A stretch of 64,000 bases of DNA from contig CBDBHR010000028.1 of NCBI GenBank assembly GCA_965205865.1, positions 224,001 to 288,000 on the forward strand, written 5' to 3'. How positions within the stretch are numbered: the first letter of the stretch is position 1; the number at the start of each line of letters is the position of its first letter. This stretch comes from a bacterium. Its GTDB lineage: Bacteria > SAR324 > NAC60-12. The notes under the pieces are model-generated. The model saw only the letters and a program-made list of their open reading frames with translations. It was not told the origin of the DNA and made no database searches. Shown piece after piece: positions 48,722 to 58,259 of this stretch. Position numbers and translations under genes: made by a program.

Positions 48722-48958
48722 ATGAAAACGGTCACACCCACAGAACTCCGAAGCAATATTTATAATCTACTGGATGAAGTACTCAGCACAGGCATTCCCC
48801 TTGAAGTCAATAAAGGAGGAAAGAAGTTGAGAATTGTGCCCATCGGAAAAATGAATAAACTCCAAAACTTAGTTTCAAGACCCCATGTCATTCAGGGGAA
48901 TCCGGATGATCTTTCAGAGATTAGTTGGGAAGAGGAGGTGAATCTTGATCTACCTTGA
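48722..48958 (+). CDS. Phd/YefM family antitoxin
   Basis: TPTELRSNIYNLLDEV; upstream TTGACT-N17-TAATAT promoter at 48647. Confidence 0.85.
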   Translation: MKTVTPTELRSNIYNLLDEVLSTGIPLEVNKGGKKLRIVPIGKMNKLQNLVSRPHVIQGNPDDLSEISWEEEVNLDLP

Positions 48959-49319
48959 TACTCATGTGGTCGTATGGCTGTACGTAGGGCTCTCTGAAAA
49001 ATTCAGTCAGCAGACCAAAGAATTGATTAATGAAAATGAAATCTATATTTCGACAATTGTCCGATTAGAATTACAATATTTATACGAAATCCAACGCATA
49101 ACCGATGAATCCAATACCATTGTCTCTGACCTATCCAATCGAATTGGTCTCAAGGTGTGCGATAAAAACTTTAATACCATTATTGCTCAATCTTTAGAAA
49201 TCACTTGGACTCGTGATCCATTTGACCGCATTATTACTGCCAATGCCACTCTAAACAATAACATCCTGGTCACTAAAGATCAGAATATTTTAGATAATTA
49301 TACGAATGCTAAGTGGTAA
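48945..49319 (+). CDS. PIN/VapC toxin
   Basis: YLDTHVVVW, ELQYL, TRDPFDRII, LVTKD. Confidence 0.92.
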   Translation: MIYLDTHVVVWLYVGLSEKFSQQTKELINENEIYISTIVRLELQYLYEIQRITDESNTIVSDLSNRIGLKVCDKNFNTIIAQSLEITWTRDPFDRIITANATLNNNILVTKDQNILDNYTNAKW

Positions 49320-49373
49320 ACGAACTTCTGAAAGTATTAACATGACTTTGAAGCTTATCGAATTGCCGATAAC

Positions 49374-49493
49374 GGAGCGAACCAGTCGATGAAGATCGAC
49401 ACCCCATATAGCGCCCCTTCGACAATTTGAGTGAAGTTATTCTTATATCGTCCCCAGATCGTTTTTGGGGCGCCTCTTATCTTGGCGTTCGGC
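49374..49493 (+). repeat. attC site
   Basis: GCGAAC-CAGTC-GAT(G)AAGA...TCTTATC-TTGGC-GTTCGGC: R and L boxes with an extrahelical G. Confidence 0.72.
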
Positions 49494-49539
49494 TATACAA
49501 AGCTAAGATTCACTCACTCAAAATCATTGATTATAAAGT

Positions 49540-49787
49540 ATGAAGATTTACTTGGATAATTGTTGTTTCAATCGCCCTTTTGATGACCAATTACAGTTGC
49601 GGATCAAATTGGAATCGGAAGCAAAACTGAAGATTCAGAATGAGATTAAAGAGGGCGGATTTCAACTTGTTTGGTCTTACATCTTGCAAAGTGAAAACGA
49701 AGCAAATCCATATGGTGAAAGAAGAAGAGCTATTAGAGAAAGGAATTGAAGCGCTTATGAAGTCTCTCGGGGAAGTTGACGCAGAAC
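49540..49787 (+). pseudogene. PIN toxin N-terminus fused by deletion to a fragment of its partner gene
   Basis: MKIYLDNCCFNRPFDDQ...ENEANPY then, in another frame, KGIEALMKSLGEVDAER. Confidence 0.72.
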
Positions 49788-49918
49788 GGTCTCTCAGGTG
49801 CATTTCATAAAAGGGATAAGGCGCCAGCGTATCGGCAAAGATCGCTACAAAAATCAAGAGCAAGACGATCATCCCGCAGGCCATCACCAGGGACTTCTCC
49901 TTGAGCAGCCTGATCAGG
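49788..49918 (-). repeat. Near-identical ~130-bp copy of a dppC 5' segment (44581-44711)
   Basis: Direct sequence comparison; LIRLLKEK..ACGMIVLLLIFVAIFAD.LAPYPFYE.HLRD. Confidence 0.9.
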
Positions 49919-49979
49919 AGGATTGCGCAACAATGGAGGTCAGCTATAAAAAATCTTGGGTCTGTCCCACTTGGGCATG

Positions 49980-50130
49980 AGCCAAAATCGGTGGATGGCG
50001 GCTTACTCGAGTTTTGGCTGTTGAGAGCCAACTGATCCCGAAGTTGCTTATTTTGCGCTTCGAGCGCTTCAATACGTTTATTTTCTGTCTCAAGAGCTTC
50101 AAAACCTTTAAAGAGATCGTCTATTACAGC
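49980..50130 (-). pseudogene. IS66-type transposase N-terminal fragment (DUF6444-like)
   Basis: Coiled coil followed by LALNSQNSSKPPSTD. Confidence 0.7.
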
Positions 50131-50494
50131 CTCGAGTCGCTTGATTAAACCAACGTTAGTTCGAAGTAACTGCCGCATTCCGCTGGTCTGCTCGGCTTGG
50201 TGAGCGAAAGACGACGCGTGCGACGCGATTCGTATTGCCATGTTCAAAGTTACCTCAGCCAAGCGCGTGTTTTAACAAAACTGGCTTTTATCCGGTAAAC
50301 CTCGTAGAAAAGTTTTCGAGAAAAAAGTTGACAAATTTTCAAATTTTTAGTATTCAGATAGGTAATTCACAATTCTGGAGGTTGCGGTTCAATGCAATTC
50401 GCCAGGGAACATCATCGTTCTTTTGTGAAAATATAAGGAAAGGAACGGCACTCCCCTGTCGCCGATTCTAATCTTTTTTCTCTTTGATATAGTT

Positions 50495-50583
50495 GTTCGT
50501 TGGGGGTGGAAAAGCCACTGGACTTTTTCTGAGAAAAACCCTTGGAACCTGAACTGGGTAATACCAGCGTAGGAAATGCGAAG
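50495..50583 (+). promoter_or_regulatory. TPP riboswitch
   Basis: GGGGTG...CTGAGA..AACCCTT.GAACCTGA.CTGGGTAATACCAGCGTAGGAA upstream of thiB. Confidence 0.93.
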
Positions 50584-50678
50584 GTACATTCGATCTCGAA
50601 TCAATCCCAAGTCGTTTCTTCCACGTCGTTTCTCCCCCTCCGAATATTTTCCTGATCCAATCAATTCGGAGTAGTCTC

Positions 50679-51683
50679 ATGTATAAAAAATCAATCATTG
50701 CCTTGTTGGCGTTGTCTATCGCCGCTCTTTTTCCGCTTTTTGCGGCCGATCTCACCATCTATACTTATGAATCCTTCAACAGTAAATGGGGTCCCGGACC
50801 GACGGTTTTTAAGCGATTCGAGGAAAGTTGCCAATGCGAGCTCAAGATCGTTGCCCTGGGTGATTCGGGTTTGATGCTGAACCGTGTCATCTTGGAAAAA
50901 AAGAATCCCAAAGCCGATATATTCCTGGGTCTCAATGACAGTCAGCTGGCAAAAGCATTGTCAGCGGATATTTTTGTCCCTTATCGATCTCCTTTATTGG
51001 AGAATGTGTCCGACGCCCATCTCTTGGACAGTGAATTCCGGATCACTCCCTTTGATTATGGGTATATCGCCTTCGTTTATGATTCCGAGAAAATTTCCAA
51101 TCCTCCTCAAAGTTTGGAAGACCTGTTGAAAGATGAGTATCAACAAAAAATCGTCATTGAAGATCCAAGAACTTCTTCACCGGGGCTTTCCTTTCTGCAT
51201 TGGACCATTTCAGTTTACGGGGAAGACGGCTTTATGAATTATTGGGAAAAATTGCAACCCAATCTGTTGGCCATCACCTCCGGATGGTCGGCTGCTTATG
51301 GGATGTTCACCAAGGGCGAAACCCCGATTGTGTTGAGCTATGCCACCAGTCCCGCATACCATCTGGAATATGAAAACACTGAACGCTATCGAGCTGCAGT
51401 ATTCAGTGAAGGTCATTATCTGCAAATCGAAGGTGCCGGCATCGTAAAGGGTTCTGTAAACATGGATCGTGCCAGACATTTTATCGATTTCATGCTTTCC
51501 TCTGATTTTCAGGATGTCATTCCTTTGACGAATTGGATGTTCCCGGTGGTTCAATACGAGTCCCTGCCCGCGTCGTTCAGGATTGCCATTCACCCCGAAT
51601 CGGCCCCTAAACTGGATGCTTCCCAAATCCTCGAAAAAAATAAAATTTGGTTAAAAACATGGGAAAGGGGACTTGGCAACTGA
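50679..51683 (+). CDS. thiB: Thiamine ABC transporter substrate-binding protein
   Basis: TIYTYESF..WGPGP, PFDYGY, DPRTSSPG, LSYATSPAYH, IPLTNWMFP. Confidence 0.94.
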   Translation: MYKKSIIALLALSIAALFPLFAADLTIYTYESFNSKWGPGPTVFKRFEESCQCELKIVALGDSGLMLNRVILEKKNPKADIFLGLNDSQLAKALSADIFVPYRSPLLENVSDAHLLDSEFRITPFDYGYIAFVYDSEKISNPPQSLEDLLKDEYQQKIVIEDPRTSSPGLSFLHWTISVYGEDGFMNYWEKLQPNLLAITSGWSAAYGMFTKGETPIVLSYATSPAYHLEYENTERYRAAVFSEGHYLQIEGAGIVKGSVNMDRARHFIDFMLSSDFQDVIPLTNWMFPVVQYESLPASFRIAIHPESAPKLDASQILEKNKIWLKTWERGLGN

Positions 51684-53359
51684 CCTTGTTGCAGGGAGTG
51701 GTTTTTATATTTCTTTTTTCAGGTTTTTATCTCCCCTTGCTCAGTTTTTTCTTCGGAAAAAACCCATTCGAGCCCGGGGAATATTTACTGGATCGAGATT
51801 ACCTGCTCGAGTTTTTAAGTGACAGCTGGAATCTCCAAGTGATCTGGTTTTCCTTCTACCAAGCCTTTTTTAGCGCAATCTTTGCAGTGCTTCTTGGCAT
51901 TCCGGGAGCCTGGATCTTGAGCCGTTATGATTTTCCGGGAAAAAGGATATTTCGCATACTTTTCTACCTTCCTTTCATTTTGCCCTCCATCCTCGTGGTT
52001 TTGGGGATGGTGCTCTTTTTTGGCAACAACGGGTTTGTCAATCAATTTGTACAGTGGCTATTGGGGATCGAGGAACCACCGTTTCAATTCCTCTACTCGT
52101 TGCAGGGGATTTTGATTGCCCATGTATTTTACAATTTCCCCATCGCCATGAAAACCCTTGGCGACCACTGGGAACGGCTCTCCCCCCAATACAGTATGGT
52201 AGCGCGATCTTTGGGAGCGAATCGCATTAAAATCTTTTTCAAAGTCCATCTTCCTTTGATGATTCCCTCGCTCATTTCCTCGTTTGTGTTGATCTTTCTT
52301 CTTTGTTTGAACAGTTTTGCCATCATTTTAATATTGGGCGGGGGAGTCCGCTACACGAATATTGAAGTATTGATCTACCAACTCGCCCGCCTCCATTTGG
52401 ATTTCAAAGGTGCCACTTCTTTGGCATTTCTCCAACTTCTGATGAGTCTGTTTTTTTTGTTTTTTTTGTTCCGGGAAATCGAATATCCCGTAGGACAAGG
52501 AATCAATACTAAAAAAGACTTGTTGCGGGAATGCCGCTCCGGTGCGCAAGCAGCGATTTTTTCTTGCCTTTGGCTGGTATTCATCATCAGCTTTGCTTTT
52601 GGTCCTTTGATATCTATTGTCGTAGATTCTTTTCGCGCATTTGAGAATAACCAGTGGAATTTCAGCATTAAATGGTACCGGCAATTGTTCGAATTGAATC
52701 CGCAAAACACTTTTCTGTCAGCCCTTTGGAATTCCTTGAAAATCGGGCTGTCTAGCGCATGTCTCTCTTCAATATTGGGATTGGGGATGGCTTCCATCAT
52801 TCATCTGAAAAGAGGAGTTCCTCGAAAATTATGGGAGTTGTTGGCGCTTTTTCCGATAGGCGTTTCCACTGTTATTTTAGGAGTGGTTTGGTTCGTATTC
52901 TTCCAGGATTTTTTAATTGACTATATCCCTTTGAGTTTGATTTTAATTTTAATTCACGCCATTTTGACGTTTCCCTATTGGATCCGGGTTGTATTGCCGG
53001 CACTGGACTCCATTCCCCCCAAGTGGTTGATGGTTTCTCAAACCTTGGGAAAGACGCCCGTTTATTTTTATCTGAAGATTTTGATTCCCTGGTTGAAACG
53101 GGTGTTGGTCACCGGATTTTTCTTCTCTTTTGCATTATCTCTGGGAGAGCTCAATTCGACTCTGATGGTCGCCGACGACACCCTGCAAACTCTGCCTTTG
53201 GAAATTTACAGAGCGATGGCAGGCTATCGCTTTTCATTCGCATCTGCTGTCGGAGTAATGCTCCTGATTCTGACGGTGGTGGTCTTCATTTTTATCGAGG
53301 AGTGGACCCACAAAGATCCCTATATTTTCCAAGGACAAAAGCTCAATCCTTTAAACTGA
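51647..53359 (+). CDS. thiP: Thiamine ABC transporter permease
   Basis: Duplicated permease, AHVFYNFP, SLGE; follows thiB. Confidence 0.88.
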   Translation: MVKNMGKGTWQLTLLQGVVFIFLFSGFYLPLLSFFFGKNPFEPGEYLLDRDYLLEFLSDSWNLQVIWFSFYQAFFSAIFAVLLGIPGAWILSRYDFPGKRIFRILFYLPFILPSILVVLGMVLFFGNNGFVNQFVQWLLGIEEPPFQFLYSLQGILIAHVFYNFPIAMKTLGDHWERLSPQYSMVARSLGANRIKIFFKVHLPLMIPSLISSFVLIFLLCLNSFAIILILGGGVRYTNIEVLIYQLARLHLDFKGATSLAFLQLLMSLFFLFFLFREIEYPVGQGINTKKDLLRECRSGAQAAIFSCLWLVFIISFAFGPLISIVVDSFRAFENNQWNFSIKWYRQLFELNPQNTFLSALWNSLKIGLSSACLSSILGLGMASIIHLKRGVPRKLWELLALFPIGVSTVILGVVWFVFFQDFLIDYIPLSLILILIHAILTFPYWIRVVLPALDSIPPKWLMVSQTLGKTPVYFYLKILIPWLKRVLVTGFFFSFALSLGELNSTLMVADDTLQTLPLEIYRAMAGYRFSFASAVGVMLLILTVVVFIFIEEWTHKDPYIFQGQKLNPLN

Positions 53360-53448
53360 GGGACCAGCGAGTGATGGATTGCGGACATCCTCTGTCTAAA
53401 TAACTGATGTTACATGAACGATTTTTGCAGTTATGCGTCTCATCGAGT

Positions 53449-53825
53449 TGTCATTCCTGGCGAAGACCAGGAATCCACTTTGCTAGCGATCCAGGGTGAC
53501 TAAAACGTTTCATATAAATCCATCCCTCGATGATAATTTTTCTCAATGAGTTCGATTTTCCAAGCTCGTTTCCATTTCTTACGTTGTTTTTCTCTCCGGA
53601 GAGCAGCTGTTACCTCTGAAGTGGTCTCATAGTATACCAATTGATGTACTTGGTATTTGCTGGTAAATCCTTCTATGAGATTGTTTTTATGTTCATAAAC
53701 TCTTCTAAGAAGATCATTGGTCACTCCAATATATAAAGTGCCATTTCTTTTACTTGATAAGATATAAACGTTGTAGGTTTTCATGATGGCGACTCCTGGA
53801 TTCCTGGTCTTCGCCAGGAATGACA
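53449..53825. mobile_element. GIY-YIG nuclease cassette bounded by perfect 29-bp inverted REP palindromes
   Basis: TGTCATTCCTGGCGAAGACCAGGAATCCA at 53449-53477 and its exact reverse complement at 53797-53825. Confidence 0.85.
53500..53784 (-). CDS. Stand-alone GIY-YIG nuclease
   Basis: VYIL...LYIGVTNDLLRRVYEHK...REKQRKKWKRAWKIELIE. Confidence 0.92.
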   Translation of the reverse strand: MKTYNVYILSSKRNGTLYIGVTNDLLRRVYEHKNNLIEGFTSKYQVHQLVYYETTSEVTAALRREKQRKKWKRAWKIELIEKNYHRGMDLYETF

Positions 53826-54099
53826 CACTTGTGGTGAAGCGTATTCATGGAAACCGCTGAATGCAAAAAATATACACGTAACCTTCATGTAAATTATTTT
53901 CACCCCGGAGGATGAAGAAAAATAACAAACCATATAGTTTCAGTAGGTTAGATAGTTTTTTACACGTTAACATGAGTAAATAAAGAACTGGCCTTCGATT
54001 GCTTCCAATCGAAAAATGCTATTTTGAAAAAACAGGCAAGAGGACTTTGAAAGTTTCCCCGGTTTTTTGGCGTGGACGTATTTGCATCGATCACGGGTA

Positions 54100-54681
54100 T
54101 CAGAGGTTCAAAGGGCAAAGTATCATCTCATCCACGGTCGTTTGTTGCAAAACCTGAAAGTAGATTTTGACGCAGGTCAACGAGGCAGCGGGGGAGGGTT
54201 GCCAGGCTTCGAATCTCATATAGGCAAGTCCCTCTATAAACCGCTGGTAAGCGCCTTTCCCTGATTTTCTCAATAAAATTCCGCGTTTGGCATCATAGCG
54301 ATAAGAAATGCTTTCACGGGAATCCTGGAAATCCCCATCTTGATTGAAATCCGCTTTCAAAGCCAACATCTGCTCCTGGATGTCAATCCCTCTCTCATTT
54401 TCCGAAGGGGGAATTCCGAATCCCGCCTGAATCAGTTCAGCCTTCAGTATCAGTTGAAATCGTTGCATATTCATGGCCAAGTCTGCAGCGACTTGCTGAG
54501 TAAAGGCAAGTTTATGAAATTGGGTGACTGGTGTTTGAAACGTCCATGCTAAAATGGCGCACACTGCCAACACGATCAGAACTTCAAGCAGAGTGAATCC
54601 TGCAGCAGGGCTTTCAATAAAATGGATTTCTTTACTGATTACAGATTTTTTATTGCCGCAGCAGAGCGGATTTCCATTCAT
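54100..54681 (-). CDS. Type IV minor pilin (PilW-like)
   Basis: GFTLLEVLIV, ELIQAGF, ADFNQDGD. Confidence 0.75.
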   Translation of the reverse strand: MNGNPLCCGNKKSVISKEIHFIESPAAGFTLLEVLIVLAVCAILAWTFQTPVTQFHKLAFTQQVAADLAMNMQRFQLILKAELIQAGFGIPPSENERGIDIQEQMLALKADFNQDGDFQDSRESISYRYDAKRGILLRKSGKGAYQRFIEGLAYMRFEAWQPSPAASLTCVKIYFQVLQQTTVDEMILCPLNL

Positions 54682-55033
54682 AAAGGACCGTGTTGTCAGG
54701 AGGATGCTGAAGTTGAAAAACGATGCCTTTCCATACGGGATTCAATTCCTGAACTTGCCATTGCAAGGTATAGACGAGTCCCCGTGGCGTGACAATTTCT
54801 TTTTGATGCCACCCCGGACTCAATGTTGCAGACAAAAAATCACTCTGCTGCACCTCCGCTGTCCAAGCATCCAATTGATTGGCGATGCTGACGAACTCTT
54901 GTCGTTTTTGCATTTCCCGGGAGCCTTGATCAATGACTCGACTGCCAAGCAAAATGAATACGATCAAGATCGTACCTGCAATCATCACCTCCAACAGCGT
55001 GAATCCTTCATGGCTTGCTTTGAATTTCCGTAT
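54650..55033 (-). CDS. Type IV minor pilin (PilV-like); start codon uncertain
   Basis: EGFTLLEVMIA prepilin motif extends upstream of the listed TTG start. Confidence 0.65.
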   Translation of the reverse strand: MRKFKASHEGFTLLEVMIAGTILIVFILLGSRVIDQGSREMQKRQEFVSIANQLDAWTAEVQQSDFLSATLSPGWHQKEIVTPRGLVYTLQWQVQELNPVWKGIVFQLQHPPDNTVLYEWKSALLRQ

Positions 55034-55538
55034 AGCGAATACCTCCTATGGGGCCTACTTTAACTTGCAGGAAATAATGTTCGGATTCCACAACGATAGT
55101 TCCTCCCCTGGCAAATCCATAAGGGCTGAAAGATGGCCAACGGTTTGCCGTCAGTGTCAAATCCGCAGGCAGAGATTCCCATGACTCCTCCGAAAGTTGC
55201 AGCTTGTCGGGGCGGATAATCCACAACTCGCTTCCCGCGCCCTCTATGCCATGAGAGTGTCTCAGGGTCAATGCTAAAAACTGGGCGTGTTTTAAAGTCT
55301 GCATTACTTGGTTGGCACCCATCCTGAGATACCAGCGTTCCAATAACCCTTCCACCGATACAAAAACGGCAACGTACACAATCCCCAAGATGGCTATGCC
55401 AATCAACAACTCCAGCAGGGAAAAACCTTGTTTTGCTTCTTGACGTTGCTGATTTTTTGCGGCAGCAAGGTTGGCGACGGTTTCTTTTTTTCCATTTAAG
55501 AAACAACTCCGGCAGGATTGTTGAATTTTTAATTCCAT
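55008..55538 (-). CDS. FimT/GspH-like minor pilin
   Basis: GFSLLELLIGI, FSPYGFARGGTI. Confidence 0.75.
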   Translation of the reverse strand: MELKIQQSCRSCFLNGKKETVANLAAAKNQQRQEAKQGFSLLELLIGIAILGIVYVAVFVSVEGLLERWYLRMGANQVMQTLKHAQFLALTLRHSHGIEGAGSELWIIRPDKLQLSEESWESLPADLTLTANRWPSFSPYGFARGGTIVVESEHYFLQVKVGPIGGIRYTEIQSKP

Positions 55539-55708
55539 CCCATTGTCTTAAAAAGCTTGTGTGAATCGGCTTAATTTTGTATAAAATTGAAGTTTATCCA
55601 ACTTTTTTCAATGGAATGAATTTTTAAAGAGATCTTGATTTTGGTTTTAAATATATTTTTTATGGGTATTTAACCAAAGTTTTCGTTCTCTTTCTTAAAG
55701 AGTGCAGC

Positions 55709-57619
55709 ATGATACAACAATTACGAGAACAGTCCCAAAGTATTTTCTTCAAAATCCTGCTTGGATTCATTGCAATCACCTTCGTGATTTCTTTTGGAGT
55801 CGGTTCATTTTTTGGCAGTCGTAAAGAAGTAATCGCCCTGGTCAATTCAAGAGAGTTGTTAATGCAGGAATACCAACGTTTTTATACCCAGCAATTTGAT
55901 AACCTCAGAGCCCGCTATGGAACGAATGCAGACCAACTGGCAGAACAATTAAATTTGAGACAGCAAGTCCTGCAGCAGCTGATCAATCGCTATTTACTGG
56001 CAGGAGAGGCCGAAAAACAAGGCATGTGGCTCACCGATTTTGAATTGCGGGATTTCATCAAAAGTCAACCATATTTTCAGATCGATGGTCATTTTGATTA
56101 CAATACATACGAGCAGATTTTGCGGCAAAACCGGATGTTGGTGGAAGAGTATGAAGAGGAATTGCGAGTGGATCTGCTTGCTGGGAAATACCAGAATACG
56201 CTTTCATCAGGCATCGTAGTCAGCGATGCCGAAGTGGATCGCATTTATCATCATGAAAATGAAGAATTTACGGTTGAATTCCTCTATTTCAATCCCCATC
56301 TTTTTACCGAACAAGTCGAAATTGAAGACGAAGAATTGCAGAAATACTTTCAGGAAAATCCCAGCGAATTTGAGCAACCCAAGCGCTTCAAAATTGAATA
56401 TTTCCTCCTCACCCTTGATCAATTCAAAGAAACCGCCGTTGTCAAAGAACGGGAAATTGTCCGTTATTATGAAAGAAACAAAGAAGAATACACGACGCCT
56501 GTTGAAGTCAAAGCAAGGCACATCTTGATCAATGCCAACATGGAAACGTCAGCCGAAGAGAAAGCCGAAAAACGAAAACAAGCCGGAGAAATCTTGCAAC
56601 AACTTCAGCAAGGCGCTGATTTTGAGGAGCTGGCACTGCAGTATTCGGAGGACTTTTCCAAGGAGCAGGGCGGGGATTTGGGCTGGTTTCGGCCGGGAGA
56701 GATGGTAGCGGGTTTTGAGGAGGCCGCCTTTGATTTGGCACCGGGAGAGTTGAGCGCCGTCGTGGAAACGCCATTTGGCTTTCACATCATCCGTGTTGAC
56801 GAAAAGAAAGAGGAACAAATTCAGCCGCTGGAGGAAGTACGCGCCGAAATCGAAGATCTCTTGAAAGAATCGCGAGCTGAGAAAAAGCTGAATTTGGAAT
56901 TCAACAAACTGGAAAACAGAATGGCAGAAGAAAAGGACTTGGCCGCTATTGCTGAAAGTTTGGGAACTTCCTCTGCCCAAACCGATTTTTTTGACCGGGA
57001 AGACAGTCTTGAAAAACTGGGTTCGGTTGAAGCCTTGGCGGAGCAGTTGCAGTCTTTGCAGGCAGGAGATTTTGGACGCTGGCAACGCAATCCAATCCAG
57101 GGATACGTGTTTTATAAGTTGCTCGACGCGCAAGAACCTTCGACCAAACCGTTTGAGGAAGTCGAAGCGGAACTAACCCGGCTGGTCAAAGAGCAAAAAG
57201 CGGTTGACCTGGCGTCTGAAATTGCTCAAAACGAATCCGCAACCTTGACAGAAGGCAAATCCCTGGAAACCATTGCAGCGTCCTATGGTCTCTCCGTCGA
57301 AGAAACAACGTTGACTGCAGTGAGCGATATGATTGCAGGGGTGGGCTATGATCCGGAATTCAAAAAAAACGTGCTGGCGTTGAATGAGTCCGGGAAAGTG
57401 GGAGGCAGCCGGTTTCAGGAAAAGTTTTATCTCTTTGCCCTCAAAGATCGCCAATTACCGGAGGATGAAAACATCGATGTTGAAAAACAGGTGATTCGCC
57501 AAAGACTGATCGGACAAATGAGACAAGTTTTTGTCGACAAGGACATGCAGCGATTGCGGGATGCTGCCAGCATTGAAATTCTCAATCCTTTCTTCCGGTC
57601 CGATTTACCCGAGAGCTAG
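55709..57619 (+). CDS. ppiD: PpiD/SurA-type periplasmic chaperone/rotamase
   Basis: SurA N-terminal domain; ARHILI, FEELALQYSED, GGDLGWF, ETPFGFHII. Confidence 0.9.
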   Translation: MIQQLREQSQSIFFKILLGFIAITFVISFGVGSFFGSRKEVIALVNSRELLMQEYQRFYTQQFDNLRARYGTNADQLAEQLNLRQQVLQQLINRYLLAGEAEKQGMWLTDFELRDFIKSQPYFQIDGHFDYNTYEQILRQNRMLVEEYEEELRVDLLAGKYQNTLSSGIVVSDAEVDRIYHHENEEFTVEFLYFNPHLFTEQVEIEDEELQKYFQENPSEFEQPKRFKIEYFLLTLDQFKETAVVKEREIVRYYERNKEEYTTPVEVKARHILINANMETSAEEKAEKRKQAGEILQQLQQGADFEELALQYSEDFSKEQGGDLGWFRPGEMVAGFEEAAFDLAPGELSAVVETPFGFHIIRVDEKKEEQIQPLEEVRAEIEDLLKESRAEKKLNLEFNKLENRMAEEKDLAAIAESLGTSSAQTDFFDREDSLEKLGSVEALAEQLQSLQAGDFGRWQRNPIQGYVFYKLLDAQEPSTKPFEEVEAELTRLVKEQKAVDLASEIAQNESATLTEGKSLETIAASYGLSVEETTLTAVSDMIAGVGYDPEFKKNVLALNESGKVGGSRFQEKFYLFALKDRQLPEDENIDVEKQVIRQRLIGQMRQVFVDKDMQRLRDAASIEILNPFFRSDLPES

Positions 57620-57628
57620 CGTCGAACA

Positions 57629-58213
57629 ATGTTGTATGACGATTGTCGCATTGCAAAAAAATGCCTTTTGAAAATCCACCCTGGCTCCCTTTTGCCAATG
57701 AGGGGCATCCTCCTGCTCCTCATCCTGACAGGGATAGGGCTTATGAATTCATTCTCTGCCGGATTTGCCCAGCAAGCATGGAAAAAACCATATCCGGGGA
57801 CGTCGCCCCTCAAAATTTATGCTGAATTCGACAATTATCACGTCTCTCCGGGAACTGCCGTGACTTTGATCATTCGAGGTTTTTTGGAACCGGCATGGCA
57901 CATTTATTCGATTCACCGGAATTCTGAAGAGGGACCGCAACCAACCACCGTCACCTATCCCCGTTTGCAACATGAAATCATCGGTCCTTTGCAAGAAACC
58001 CCCCCTGAAATCCTGGATGATCAAGTATTGAATTTACAGTTGCCGGTTCACAAGGAGGAGTTTGTCTTTCAACAGCAATTCAAGATCTCAGCTCAGGCCG
58101 AAGCAGGATCCTTTGTTTTTGAGGGAGTTCTCCATTTTCAGATGTGTGACAACTATATTTGCGCACCCCGCCAACATCGATTGTTCTCGACTCCGTTGAC
58201 TATTGAGAAATAA
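57629..58213 (+). CDS. DsbD N-terminal-domain protein
   Basis: WHIYS, GPQPT, QMCDNYIC; start may be at 57698. Confidence 0.75.
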   Translation: MLYDDCRIAKKCLLKIHPGSLLPMRGILLLLILTGIGLMNSFSAGFAQQAWKKPYPGTSPLKIYAEFDNYHVSPGTAVTLIIRGFLEPAWHIYSIHRNSEEGPQPTTVTYPRLQHEIIGPLQETPPEILDDQVLNLQLPVHKEEFVFQQQFKISAQAEAGSFVFEGVLHFQMCDNYICAPRQHRLFSTPLTIEK

Positions 58214-58259
58214 TTGCCGCATGTGGGGACTCCTTTGAAGTTTTACAGGATATAAAGCA

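Larger units (their letters stand above)
18012..50270. mobile_element. Decaying genomic/defence island anchored at the tRNA-Ile2 3' end (right boundary approximate)
   Basis: Abrupt switch to GC-richer DNA after the tRNA; defence genes, IS elements, introns, TA cassettes and pseudogenes; core genes resume at thiB. Confidence 0.75.

Noticed and set aside
49591-50262. 223-aa ORF as a genuine conserved gene
   Set aside because: Composed of recognisable fragments of unrelated elements
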